A DNA stretch of 64,000 nt from Candidatus Poribacteria bacterium (GTDB lineage Bacteria; Poribacteria; WGA-4E; PCPOR2b), in NCBI GenBank assembly GCA_965218095.1, contig OZ244587.1, positions 4,992,001 through 5,056,000 of the forward strand, written 5' to 3'. The position numbers and the translations under genes are program-made. Shown piece after piece: positions 30,024 through 40,277 of the stretch (positions are counted from its first letter, which is position 1; each line of letters opens with the position of its first letter). A model generated the notes under the pieces. It worked only from the letters and a program-made list of their open reading frames with translations, made no database searches and had not been told where the DNA came from.

Positions 30024-31184
30024 ATGAATGAGCAAGAAAGAAATCTTGAGACGTTTTCTTGGAAAGAACACCGGGGACTTCAGGGCGATGGCAAGGGCGG
30101 CTACCTGTCGCATCCGGCGGAATACCAGTTTCTGCCGAGGTTCGGTGAAGCCAAGGTCGTCCCCTTCGGCCTGGCGAAGATGGATAACGGCGAGATTCTG
30201 CTGTTGGGCGCGGCGAAGACGGACCGAACAACCTTTCAAAACGGCGAAGAAACCGTTGCCGCCATCAGCACCGATGATGGGGCGACTTGGAGCGAGTATC
30301 AGGCAATTGGCTACGGCCGCCCCGTTATGTTGACCGATTTAGGCGGCGGTACGCTCAGTTACAATGACGGCGGATTGATGGCGGAAGAAGGTTCATCGCT
30401 CTGTTTCAGTCATGACTATGGCCGCACATGGTCGGAGCGAATTCCGCTGGCAAAAGCGCCCGACGGCAAGGACTTCTGCTCCGAGGGTAGCCCGCTTGTC
30501 GACCGCGACGCGCAAGGTCGCGCCACACGGATTGGGTGGACCGGCCAGACATTCCCGGACAATTTCAGTTTCGACAAAGCGATTTGCGGCTGTGTCCGCT
30601 GGTCAAACGACGGCGGACGCACATGGGAAAACCACAGTTGGCCCGAGACGTGGAAATGGCAGGACACCTACGAAGGGGTGACATATCAACGTGGCTGCGG
30701 GGAAGGTACAATGCTCCGCGCTGCCAACGGTTGGATCGTCGCCGCGATACGCACCGACACACTCGGCAGGTACATTAAGTATCACTACGACAACTTCGAG
30801 GGGACGGGCATCTCGATTTCCAAGGACGACGGGGTGACGTGGTCTCCGGTGGAGCACCTGTTGGAAGCGGGTCGGATGCACTCCAATCTCATCCGCCTGC
30901 CGAATGACGACCTCGTCATGACGGTCATCCGCAGGTTGGATATCTGCAACGGGGTATTGGCAAGCTACCGGCGCGGATGTGACGCCCTAGTCAGTCATGA
31001 TCATGGGGAAACCTGGAACGTGGACCAGATGTACATCCTTGACGATTGGTCGTACAACAATCCAGTCCAGTGGTACGAGTGCATCTGCGGACACTTATAT
31101 TCGATTTCGCTGGGCGATGGTTCGGTGCTGACCGCGTACGGGCATTACCCAAACGGCGGCGTCCTTATCAAATGGAGACCATGA
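30024..31184 (+). CDS. BNR/Asp-box sialidase-family protein
   Basis: Asp-boxes STDDGATW, SHDYGRTW, SNDGGRTW, SKDDGVTW, SHDHGETW. Confidence 0.88.
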   Translation: MNEQERNLETFSWKEHRGLQGDGKGGYLSHPAEYQFLPRFGEAKVVPFGLAKMDNGEILLLGAAKTDRTTFQNGEETVAAISTDDGATWSEYQAIGYGRPVMLTDLGGGTLSYNDGGLMAEEGSSLCFSHDYGRTWSERIPLAKAPDGKDFCSEGSPLVDRDAQGRATRIGWTGQTFPDNFSFDKAICGCVRWSNDGGRTWENHSWPETWKWQDTYEGVTYQRGCGEGTMLRAANGWIVAAIRTDTLGRYIKYHYDNFEGTGISISKDDGVTWSPVEHLLEAGRMHSNLIRLPNDDLVMTVIRRLDICNGVLASYRRGCDALVSHDHGETWNVDQMYILDDWSYNNPVQWYECICGHLYSISLGDGSVLTAYGHYPNGGVLIKWRP

Positions 31185-31249
31185 TGGGTGGAATTGAGGA
31201 GGGTAAAGTGAACATCAAACTTGGCGTTAAAGCAAGCACGCGCCAGCCG

Positions 31250-31745
31250 GGCAGGCGCCCCATGGCACGAAGAGTCGAACTTAAAACTATCGGCAGGACC
31301 ACATCTCTTTTTGGACTGGCGATTCGTGCTTCCCGGCGAATTGGGGCTGATTGGCCCCTACTGGGCTTCGGAGGAAGGCAAGCAGATTCCGCTCCGCGTG
31401 TGGGATGACAATGAATAGAAAGGCCGGCCGATTGACGCGAGATATGTTCCTCAAGATGTACCGCAGGGCATACAGATTGTCGCGCAAAAGGCTGAAAAAG
31501 GAGAACCCTTTCCACCAGATGGGCCACCGGGGTCGCGAATCATTTATGATGAAGGAATCTATCGAACATGGTACAAGCGATTTGAAGGTGTGGCTTACAC
31601 TTTATTCTAACACCAACGAGGGAGGAAGAATGGAAGAAAAAGATAGATGCCCGATGACAAAACCTTTTCGCATTGCCGCCGTTGTCACCACATTTTTTCC
31701 GAACAGCTACGCCGGCGTGTTTCATTTAGTAGTAACGAAGCAGCC
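31250..31745 (+). pseudogene. Two adjacent gene 5' fragments
   Basis: GPHLFLDWRF... fragment and MTKPFRIAAVVTTFFPNS... fragment; both short and truncated. Confidence 0.35.
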
Positions 31746-31788
31746 GTTTGCAGCTTCGTAGATTCGCAGAGCGACAGGACTGTCGGGC

Positions 31789-32853
31789 TTACCAGTCGAT
31801 TCGCAGTTTCGTCCAGCGGACGCCGAAGGGACCATCTTCCTTGCACCAATGCGTCGCCAGATAGGTCCCATCCTGTAGCCGAATCGCCATCGGGAAACCA
31901 AACATAAAGCTATACAACTCTTGGACGCCGGATTCCAGATTCTCTGGGCGTTGGCGCTTTGTTCCGGCGTCGTACATCAGGCCCTCGTGGTGGACAGTCC
32001 AGGTCTCGTCTGTGAACGTCACTAGGCACATCACGATGGCTTGATCGCCGTAGCGCCGATTGTAGAGTACCAACAGCCGGTCGCCGCCGAGTGGGATTGG
32101 GGTCATCGTCTGTCCCTGAATGCCCGTCGAATGCGCCGGACCCCACGTAACCCCGCCATCGTGGGAGCACGCGAAGCTATTCGGCAGGTCTACGACATCG
32201 CCCAGTGTCACAGTCCAGCAGACGCCCATAACGTCGTCTGGGGCAATCTCTGCTAGCTTGTGCTCGAAGTAGCCGCACTTCTTGTTGGGGTCCTCGAATG
32301 CGATGGCGGGCCGAGGCCAGGTCTGCCCACCATCGTCGGAGATAGCCAACAATACCTGCTCACCGAGCCGGTCCTGGGAAGGGAGGGTGGCTGCCGGCGC
32401 CAGCAGACGACCTGAAGCAAGCGGCAGTATCCCGTGGGAAATCTCCAACGAACAGTCGCAAGGCATAGGAACCACCCGAGGGGCTGACCACCTATGGCCG
32501 CTGTCTGTGGAGCGACAGAAGACCGGTTCATTACGTCCCTCACCAAATTTCTCTTCGGGCTGGCGATGGCTTCGTGACCCGTAGGCGAAAATGGTCTCGC
32601 CATCGGCGGAGCGCGTCAGCTTGAGGGCATTGGTCGTGGGGGGCTCTGTCGCCGGTGGTAAAATGGTGCCTTCGAGAGTCCAGGTGAGTCCGCCGTCCGT
32701 GGAGCGCGCCCAGTCCGTGCCGCCGTGGACATAAGGACCGCCGCCGACGTTGAACGAACAAAGAATGTCGTCGTTGGACAACTTCACGGCTTGGGGAAAC
32801 GCTGAATCGCGCCTATCCACCCAGCCTGTGTCGATAATTTCAATCGAGGGCAT
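31789..32853 (-). CDS. BNR/Asp-box sialidase-family protein (paralog of 35933-36997)
   Basis: Asp-boxes STDGGLTW, SDDGGQTW, SHDGGVTW; AAGGAG RBS. Confidence 0.88.
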   Translation of the reverse strand: MPSIEIIDTGWVDRRDSAFPQAVKLSNDDILCSFNVGGGPYVHGGTDWARSTDGGLTWTLEGTILPPATEPPTTNALKLTRSADGETIFAYGSRSHRQPEEKFGEGRNEPVFCRSTDSGHRWSAPRVVPMPCDCSLEISHGILPLASGRLLAPAATLPSQDRLGEQVLLAISDDGGQTWPRPAIAFEDPNKKCGYFEHKLAEIAPDDVMGVCWTVTLGDVVDLPNSFACSHDGGVTWGPAHSTGIQGQTMTPIPLGGDRLLVLYNRRYGDQAIVMCLVTFTDETWTVHHEGLMYDAGTKRQRPENLESGVQELYSFMFGFPMAIRLQDGTYLATHWCKEDGPFGVRWTKLRIDW

Positions 32854-32886
32854 GGTATGCTCCTTTGTCAAAACAGTAATTCATAG

Positions 32887-33658
32887 GTGATTCGTGTGAG
32901 GAAGAGATGGAAGAACAGAAGGCATGGCACTCTCCGTGAAGACCGAGGGGAAGCAGGGCTGATTAGTAAGGTTACCCACGCGCATCTCTGGTATACCTCC
33001 GGATCTTATCACGGCATGAATGCAATCCGGACACTTGTGCAAAGCGAACCCGTGCGCGTCGTTGGGCACGTCAAAGAGATTGGCGGCAGTTCATGGGAGG
33101 TCGGCGTCGTCGAATTCGAGAACGGTGTTTCTCTTGTTTACGAACTGCCGACACGACGACGCGGCAACTATTGGGAGATCGATGGAACAGAGGGGGCAAT
33201 CGTTGGTAACGAATTGCTGGTCGGGCACAAAGACCTATCCAATTCAGACCGTCACAACGGAGGTGGATGGTGTGACGGTCGTTGGTCAGGCTCGCGTTGA
33301 CACCGATCCGTCGGTGATCTGGGAGAATCCGCTAAAAGCGTTTAGACTGGCGGATGCAGACGATGTCGCACGGGGCGCGGAATTGCACAGTATCTATCGA
33401 GCGATTGTTGAAGGGGTTGAACCGGAATATGGTGCGGTTAACGAACGCACAGACCAAGAGATTCTCATTGCGATCCGCGAATCTGCGCGGAACGGTGGGT
33501 GACCGATTAATCTGCCGCTGACCGAAATCACGGGGCACGAAGAAAATCTGCACCGGGAGTACCGCGAAAAATACGGCGTCCACCCGTTTGACGCCATTGA
33601 GAAACAGAAAAGCATCCTGTTCCCACAACGCGGCGTTGTGTGGGCAGCGAGGCGATAG
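32887..33658 (+). pseudogene. Gfo/Idh/MocA oxidoreductase C-terminal remnant with frameshift and stop
   Basis: GSYHGMNAIR...WEIDGTEG.I then DPSVIWENP...EPEYGA..R.DQEILIAIRESA in another frame. Confidence 0.6.
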
Positions 33659-33690
33659 AAAACGATTAATAGTTGGCATCTATTACCATA

Positions 33691-33874
33691 TAGGACTTAC
33701 GTATTTCAAATTTAGGGAACGCAGATCTGCGTTCCCTACTTACCTGGTCCATAGAAGGGGACAAAGGTGTAAGGAGTCATACGTATGTAGGGACTAACGA
33801 TCGTTAGCCCCTACGAATTACGGAGGCTGAATCGTTATTACGAGGCATTGAGGGATTCAACTGCGTAGGTTCTA
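33691..33874. mobile_element. MITE/REPIN-like element with TAGGACTTACG...TGCGTA(A/G)GT(C/T)CTA termini
   Basis: Encloses tagggaacgcagatctgcgttcccta and gtagggactaacgatcgttagcccctac hairpins; related copies at 35577-35801 and 60536-60664. Confidence 0.65.
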
Positions 33875-33921
33875 ACTATACTCTCAAAGAATTATCGACA
33901 CTCGACGTGAAGGAGATTAGC

Positions 33922-35055
33922 ATGAGTTGGCAAGTTGTAGACCGCATGATGATATATCACGAATCGGGCATGTATGCCCTTAGCCCCACTGTGACACGTA
34001 CGCCCTCCGGTAGCCTGTTGGTAACATTCCAAAGGGCAACCCATCTGGGGTATTCCCATCATGAACACCCGCTATTCAATGTGCAGGCTTGCCGGTCCGA
34101 AGACGAGGGACAGACTTGGAGCGGACCCTACCTCGTAACCGTCGATCCCCGCGGAGGCGTCATGGACCGCGGCGTCCACACCCTTCCGGACGGAAGTATC
34201 TTTCTACATTCATCCTGCACCGAGTTGGTTCCTGCGGAGGATGCGGTAGAACATGGAGGGAGCTGGGGCGTACAACATGGTAAACCGTTCTGGGTACGGT
34301 CACGCGACGATGGACACACTTGGAGTGCTCCCAAACGTTTCCCGCCTTTCCCCGACGCGGTCTGGGGCCATCCCGCCCAACACTCAGGGGTCAGTCGGAG
34401 CGGCTTGCTAGCTCTTCCAGATGGAAGGTTACTCATGCCGAGCAAAGCAACCGACCTCACTACCGGCGAGTTTCGTTATTTCGGCATGTTGCGCGTGTCG
34501 AGGGACATGGGGGAGACGTGGGAATATGGCGGACGGATCGCGGAAGATCCAGTTGCCCACTTCAGCGAGCCGACCATCCACCGGACTCCGAGCGGTCGCA
34601 TCTTGGTGCTTTTTCGTTGCCATCCGGGGCGATTGGGTCCCGACATCGTTCGGGATCAGGGATTTGATGGTCCCTTCACAGAAGATCCTCAATTCGTTGG
34701 TCGTTTCCTCGCGCTGGTCTACTCTGACGACGACGGAGAGACATGGTCTCCGTGGCGTCCAACTATGATTCACGGCAGCCCGGGTCACATGCTGGGATTA
34801 AGGGATGGGCGCATTTTTCTTACGGTAGGTACTCGGTGGGAGAGACAGCGAGGCTGCGTCGCTAGGGTGTTAGACCCTGAAGGGACCGATTTAGATACCG
34901 CGCCTGAGTTCGTGATAGAGGACAACGCATTGAGCGCAGACTGTGGCTATCCTTGGTCGGTGGAGCTCAACGACGGACGGGTTTTGGTCGTCTATTGGCA
35001 CCATTATCCTGACGATCACCGGGGTATCGAAGGGGCAATCGTCGAAGAAGTTTAG
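33922..35055 (+). CDS. BNR/Asp-box sialidase-family protein
   Basis: SEDEGQTW, SRDDGHTW, SRDMGETW, SDDDGETW, DCGYP motifs. Confidence 0.88.
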   Translation: MSWQVVDRMMIYHESGMYALSPTVTRTPSGSLLVTFQRATHLGYSHHEHPLFNVQACRSEDEGQTWSGPYLVTVDPRGGVMDRGVHTLPDGSIFLHSSCTELVPAEDAVEHGGSWGVQHGKPFWVRSRDDGHTWSAPKRFPPFPDAVWGHPAQHSGVSRSGLLALPDGRLLMPSKATDLTTGEFRYFGMLRVSRDMGETWEYGGRIAEDPVAHFSEPTIHRTPSGRILVLFRCHPGRLGPDIVRDQGFDGPFTEDPQFVGRFLALVYSDDDGETWSPWRPTMIHGSPGHMLGLRDGRIFLTVGTRWERQRGCVARVLDPEGTDLDTAPEFVIEDNALSADCGYPWSVELNDGRVLVVYWHHYPDDHRGIEGAIVEEV

Positions 35056-35072
35056 TCAACTGAGTCGGATTA

Positions 35073-35273
35073 TTATAACGCAAGTTGCTAGTTTTGAAAA
35101 ATCATCGATTGTCTTGTAGGGGCGGAGTTTCCCCGCCCGTCAAGTGTTCTATCTTTCGCTTCAGTTTTGAATCCAGATTTTATCGGGAAGGAGCACCACG
35201 ATTGGATTGTAATTGTCAGGTGGCAACTTGAGTGGAAATTCCATGGATATTCAATTAGCAACTTGGGTTATAA
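35073..35273. mobile_element. MITE-like element with TTATAACNCAAGTTGCTA terminal inverted repeats
   Basis: ttataacgcaagttgcta / tagcaacttgggttataa (one mismatch); internal GTAGGGGCGG..CCGCCC REP. Confidence 0.6.
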
Positions 35274-35576
35274 CAACCAACGGAAGATAAAGATGAATAA
35301 CAAGTAGAACCCTCCTTTGTCTCATCTTTGTCTCTTGTTGTTGCCTTTGCTCACTTTCTCATTGTCTCACTTTCACACTTTCACACTTTCAGGCTTCACT
35401 CTTCCTCACAAGCCAACGCGATTCCAGTCCGTATCTACTATATGCGTATTTTTTTACGCAATAAGTTATTATAGGCTTTTAAGTTTTTGCCTCATGTAAA
35501 AGGAAAGCGCAAAGCGCAATTACAAGCCGTAAAAGTCTCCGCCAATCCACGCGAATCACCATGAATTTATTAATGA

Positions 35577-35801
35577 TAGAAGTTACGCACTTAGATAGCA
35601 AATAGGCGAGGACCTACGCCCTTGATGCACAACCTCCTCTGATTGTGCATCGGGAGCGTGGCGCAGATTAGGAAATCTGCGCCACAAATCGCTTGGTCTC
35701 AAATAATACACACTTCTCCAATTGATTCTGCCTCCAGAGGTGAATCCCCATCCACCCGAAGGCTTGGCATTGAACTGTGGGATTCAACTGCGTAAGTCCT
35801 A
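35577..35801. mobile_element. TAGGACTTACGCA-family MITE-like element
   Basis: tagaagttacgca ... ggattcaactgcgtaagtccta. Confidence 0.55.
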
Positions 35802-35932
35802 AATGAATTTGTGTAGATTTGCGTGGATTTGTGGATAACAAGGAGGAGGGAATCCGGTAATCGGTTTCTGTTGCACGATTTCTTAACATGAGCCAAGTTT
35901 TTAAGTAAAAAACTCGGTATCTACTGCTTGGC

Positions 35933-36997
35933 TCACCAGTCGACTCGTAGTTTTGTCCAGCGGACGCCGAAGGGACCGTCCTCCTTACACCAATGCGTTG
36001 CCAGATACGTCCCATCCTGCAACCGAATCGCCGTTGGGAAACCAAACATAAAGCTATATAGCTCCTCCACACCGGAGTCTATATCCTCCGGTCGCTGGCG
36101 GATTGTTCCGGCGTCGTACAATATGTCCTCGTAGTGGAGAGTCCACGTTTCTTCTGTGAACGTCACCAGACACATCACGATCGCCTGCTCTCCGTAGCGC
36201 CGATTGTAGAGTACCAACAGCCGGTCGTCGCCAAGTGGGATGGGGGTCATCGTCTGTCCCTGAATGCCTGTCGAATGTGGTAGTCCCCAAGTTACCCCAC
36301 CATCGTGCGAAAGCGCGAAGCTATCCGGCAGATCGACAACATCGCCCAGCGTCACAGTCCAGCAGGCGCCCATGACACGGTCTGGGGAAATCTCTGTCAG
36401 TTTCTGTTCAAAGTAGCCATGTTTGTTGTTAGGGTCCTGGAATGCTATGGTGTGTTGAGGCCAGGTTTGTCCACCATCGTCGGAGATAGCCAACAAGACC
36501 TGTTCGCCCAGACGGTCTTGGGACGGAAGGGGCGCCGCCGGCGCTAGAAGGCGGCCAGAAGCGAGCGGCAGTATCCCGTGGGAAATCTCCAACGAACAGT
36601 CGCAAGGCATAGGCACCACTTGGGGAGGTGACCATGTATGTCCGCCGTCGGTGGAGCGGCAGAGCACCGGTTCATTGCGTCCTTCACCGAATTTTTCCCC
36701 AGGCTGACAATAGCTACGTGACCCGTAGGCGAAAACTGTCTCGCCATCGACAGAGCGTGAGAGTTTGAGCGCGCTGGTTGTGTCAGGGGTTGTCGTTAGC
36801 GGCAAAATGGTGCCTTCCAGTGTCCAGGTCACGCCACTATCAGTGGAGCGAGCCCAATCTGTACCGCCGTGGACATTCGGACCGCCACCAACATTGAACG
36901 AACAAAGAATGTCGTCGTTGGACAACTTCACGGCTTGGGGAAACGCTGAATCGCGCCTATCCACCCAGCCTGTGTCGATAATTTCAATAGTAGGCAT
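35933..36997 (-). CDS. BNR/Asp-box sialidase-family protein (paralog of 31789-32853)
   Basis: Near-identical protein to 31789-32853; Asp-boxes. Confidence 0.88.
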   Translation of the reverse strand: MPTIEIIDTGWVDRRDSAFPQAVKLSNDDILCSFNVGGGPNVHGGTDWARSTDSGVTWTLEGTILPLTTTPDTTSALKLSRSVDGETVFAYGSRSYCQPGEKFGEGRNEPVLCRSTDGGHTWSPPQVVPMPCDCSLEISHGILPLASGRLLAPAAPLPSQDRLGEQVLLAISDDGGQTWPQHTIAFQDPNNKHGYFEQKLTEISPDRVMGACWTVTLGDVVDLPDSFALSHDGGVTWGLPHSTGIQGQTMTPIPLGDDRLLVLYNRRYGEQAIVMCLVTFTEETWTLHYEDILYDAGTIRQRPEDIDSGVEELYSFMFGFPTAIRLQDGTYLATHWCKEDGPFGVRWTKLRVDW

Positions 36998-37023
36998 GGC
37001 ATTCTCCTTTGTCAAAAAATGGT

Positions 37024-37391
37024 TCATTCGCCTCTGGAAACGTCCATCACTTGTAATACCGTTTCTGATAAAAACCCAGCATTAGAGCGGAAGGGTTGAA
37101 AGGGGACACCATTCTCGCCATGAAGGATTAACACAGACGTTTCGACGTTGGTGACGTGACTGGTGGCGGACAGCTCGTGATAGACATGCGGAATTTCCCA
37201 TGGGGCTCCACCCATGAATATAGCAAAACTTGTGTCGGACTCTCCATAGGGACCCCCGCAAAACACGCGTCGGTCATAACGCCCGCCACAGAGTACGGTG
37301 GCCCGAAAGAGCTTTGTCTTTCCGATGGTATACGCGCAAGCATCGCGCCATAACTGAAACCATGAGCTCCCATTCTGGTCTTATCACACAT
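37024..37391 (-). pseudogene. S9 (prolyl oligopeptidase family) peptidase fragment
   Basis: G.SYGA nucleophile motif; in another frame NVETSVLILHGEN. Confidence 0.6.
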
Positions 37392-38478
37392 CTGTTTTAT
37401 GGCCAGCTAGTCGGTACCGCTCAACTGCATCCATATCCAGTGCCACGCCCAGCCCCGGTCTTTCCGGAACCTTTGCCTGTCCGTCTTTCACCACCAACGG
37501 CTCCGCCAGAAGCGAATGCTCCAGCAGCATGTAAAGCGAAACATGCCCAAGCGACGCATTTGGGATGGTTGCGGCTAAATGCACCATAAAGACCGCAGAG
37601 ATTCCCGTAAATCCCATTTGCATCCAGAACGGTTTGTTCGCGGCGGACGCAATGTTGGCGCATCGGATAACTCCCGCCGCCCAGCCACCCACCACATAAT
37701 AGTCATAAGCGGACGAAGGCAGCGAAATCATCGGATGCGGCGAGCCAAAATGGATTGCGAGCGGATAACCGAGTTCTTTCTTCAGGGTCAGATAGCCTTC
37801 AACGTTCTCCTGATCGATTGGCGATTCTAGGCATTTGACCTGGGGATATTTTTTCAACTGTCGTCCGATGGAAAGGGCGCGCTCCACTGTGCCAAAGGTG
37901 CAGTTAGCGTCAATCGTGAGCTCATAATCATCCGGCGCTGCGTCCGCGATGCGCTGAACCTGTTCCACCACGTCTGTATGGGCACGCCGTTTGAATTTAT
38001 GTGCCCGGAAATCGTTCTCTATCGCAATCTTTACTTCTTCCTCCAACACATCCGGCGGGAAACAGTGCGACCAATAGGCGATAGGCACAGTTTCCTGACA
38101 CGGACCGAACAGTCGCGCCATTGGCAGCCCAACGGCCTGGCCCATCAGGTCATAAAAGGCAATCTGAAGCGGGCCGGCGCTGTCGTCCATGATAAACTCA
38201 AAAGGGCTTCTTCCCAAGTACGTCTGGATTCTGTCTTCGGGGATGCCGGCCCCTTCGCCAATCCCTACGAGCCCTTCATCGGTCTGCACACGATAAATCA
38301 ATGTTTGCACAGACGGCGGTGACGATTCTTGCCACTGTCTCTCAAATTCACTCCTGTTTGCTTCAAGTTCATCATCCGTCGCGCGATTGCCGAAATTCCA
38401 GCCTTTCCGAAGGTGTTCTCGGATGCGCTCAAGATAAGGGACATTGACGGCGATCTGCTCAATCTCAGAAATTTTCAT
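37384..38478 (-). CDS. Mandelate racemase/muconate lactonizing enzyme family protein
   Basis: TDEGLVGIGE, AFYDLMG, KFK, IDAN, LESP, PERPGLGV motifs. Confidence 0.9.
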   Translation of the reverse strand: MKISEIEQIAVNVPYLERIREHLRKGWNFGNRATDDELEANRSEFERQWQESSPPSVQTLIYRVQTDEGLVGIGEGAGIPEDRIQTYLGRSPFEFIMDDSAGPLQIAFYDLMGQAVGLPMARLFGPCQETVPIAYWSHCFPPDVLEEEVKIAIENDFRAHKFKRRAHTDVVEQVQRIADAAPDDYELTIDANCTFGTVERALSIGRQLKKYPQVKCLESPIDQENVEGYLTLKKELGYPLAIHFGSPHPMISLPSSAYDYYVVGGWAAGVIRCANIASAANKPFWMQMGFTGISAVFMVHLAATIPNASLGHVSLYMLLEHSLLAEPLVVKDGQAKVPERPGLGVALDMDAVERYRLAGHKTDV

Positions 38479-38688
38479 AATTTTCTCCTTTTCAATTTGG
38501 CGGTGGCCCGTACCGGTCTGGATTTTCCCAGTCCAATCATCTTCCATACAGTCGCCTATTTCTGCTTGAAAGAGATCCTTTACTTCGTTGAGGATGACGG
38601 GAAAAGAGCGCGTTTTACTCGCTATAAGTTCATAATAAACCCATTCTGCCGGAGCGCCCAACTTCATTTCGGTGTGAGTGACGAAATC

Positions 38689-38955
38689 ATGCGACGTGGG
38701 ATTGAACAGATCCGAAGCAGTATTCGCACCGAAGCGTATGATTTGACCATTCACGCCAGAGACGAAATGGAAGAAGACAACCTCACACGCCTTGATGTTG
38801 AAAATGCAATCCTCAATAGGCAGATTCGGCGTCGAGAAAGAGACGCTATCCAGCGAATCAAATATGTTGTTGAAGGCGTTGTATCGGTCAAACGCCCTCT
38901 CGGTATTGTCGGACGATTTACGGAAACGGGTGTTTTTCTAATCATCACGGTGTAG
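38689..38955 (+). CDS. DUF4258 family toxin-like protein
   Basis: T.HARDEM.ED.L...DVENAILN...KYVVEG...IITV. Confidence 0.8.
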   Translation: MRRGIEQIRSSIRTEAYDLTIHARDEMEEDNLTRLDVENAILNRQIRRRERDAIQRIKYVVEGVVSVKRPLGIVGRFTETGVFLIITV

Positions 38956-38977
38956 GAAATCACCGAGGGGAATAACG

Positions 38978-39073
38978 ATGTACAGTTATCAGTGTGAATA
39001 CTGCAACGGTTTGGTAAATTTCAGTGGAGCGAAGGAGAGCGAGCGTAAACGCCTAATACCTAAATTGGGGTGA
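38978..39073 (+). pseudogene. Truncated YgiT/MqsA-type zinc-finger antitoxin
   Basis: MYSYQCEYCNG start right after the DUF4258 gene with GAGG RBS; the remainder is lost. Confidence 0.55.
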
Positions 39074-40247
39074 AACGGACATCCTCCCACGTCCCAGACG
39101 CCGATGCGCGTTGCGCGGCATCTATCACCTCGCACGCTCTCAGACCGTCCAGAAAATTTGGCATCGCTGTGCGATTCTGAGAAATCGACTCCAGCAGTTC
39201 TCGCAGGGCAATATAAAAAGCCTCCCGGTAGCCCATCCCAAGCCCCGGTAAGGGGCCAAAAGGTTCAGCTCCCGGATGCGTCGGCCCAATGAGAACTGTA
39301 CGAAAACCGCTGACGTTCTCCGGATCGTCCGCGAATTGAACCTGTATCTCGTTGGGATGCGCCCAATTGAATTTAATTGCGCCGCGCTCTCCACTGACCT
39401 CGAAACTCAGTTCATTACTGTGGCCCGCTGCCACCCAACTGGTCTCAATCATGCCAATAACACCACCCTCAAACTCGACTAACATCTGCGTTACATCGTC
39501 TACGTCCACCTCGCCATACGCGGAGGATTCAGAAATGGCATCCCCTCCGCCGCCAAAAACCAGATTTTCTTCCGAAGGCAGCGGACGTTTCTTGATAAGT
39601 GTGCGCGACTGGGCGAATACCCGGACAACCTCGCCGACCAGGTACCGGGCGATGTCAATCGTGTGAGATCCGATGTCGCTGAGACTGCCGGTGCCAGCTT
39701 TCTTTGCGTCAAAGCGCCAGGTCAGCGGCACGTTGGGATCAAGAGCAAAGTCATGGAGATACTGGCCGTGGTAGTGAAGAATTCGCCCAATCTTTCCGGC
39801 GTCGATCAGTTCTTTGGCAAAAGCCACCGCGGGGCACATGCGATAGACAAAAGACACGAGATGCACCACGCCTGCCTGACAAACGGCTTCGTACATCTGA
39901 CGCCCTGAAGCGGCATCGTGTGCCAGCGGTTTTTCGCAGTAGATGTGCTTCCCATGCGCAGCGGCGTCAATCGCGATCTCCGCGTGCGCGTAATTCGGCG
40001 TGACGATATCGACGAGGTCAATATCCGGTGCTCGCGTGATTTTCCGCCAGTCATCGGTCCCTTCTTTCCAGCCTAAGCGTGAAGCCCCTTCTGCGGCAAG
40101 TTCGCCGGTTATATCGAAAAGCCTGACCTGCTCAACCTTGGGTAGCTGTTGCCCGTACACCATTGAGACGTTGTTGTAGGCAAGGCTGTGGACGCTGCCG
40201 ACAAACCCCGCTCCGACTAAGCCTACTCGAACCGTCCTCTGTGCCAT
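39060..40247 (-). CDS. Gfo/Idh/MocA family oxidoreductase
   Basis: VGLVGAGFVG, TPNYAH, CEKPLA, DIGSHTID motifs. Confidence 0.93.
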   Translation of the reverse strand: MAQRTVRVGLVGAGFVGSVHSLAYNNVSMVYGQQLPKVEQVRLFDITGELAAEGASRLGWKEGTDDWRKITRAPDIDLVDIVTPNYAHAEIAIDAAAHGKHIYCEKPLAHDAASGRQMYEAVCQAGVVHLVSFVYRMCPAVAFAKELIDAGKIGRILHYHGQYLHDFALDPNVPLTWRFDAKKAGTGSLSDIGSHTIDIARYLVGEVVRVFAQSRTLIKKRPLPSEENLVFGGGGDAISESSAYGEVDVDDVTQMLVEFEGGVIGMIETSWVAAGHSNELSFEVSGERGAIKFNWAHPNEIQVQFADDPENVSGFRTVLIGPTHPGAEPFGPLPGLGMGYREAFYIALRELLESISQNRTAMPNFLDGLRACEVIDAAQRASASGTWEDVRFTPI

Positions 40248-40277
40248 GATGTCCTCCGAGTTGGTATGTGGTTTCCG

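Noticed and set aside
35340-35400. CACTTTCA-like low-complexity repeats (similar tracts at 56215-56285 and 53255-53312)
   Set aside because: Degenerate 7-8-mer microsatellite-like tracts with no evidence of function.
38479-38754. N-terminal extension of the mandelate racemase ORF
   Set aside because: It overlaps the divergent DUF4258 gene; the ATG at 38478 has an AAGGAG RBS.
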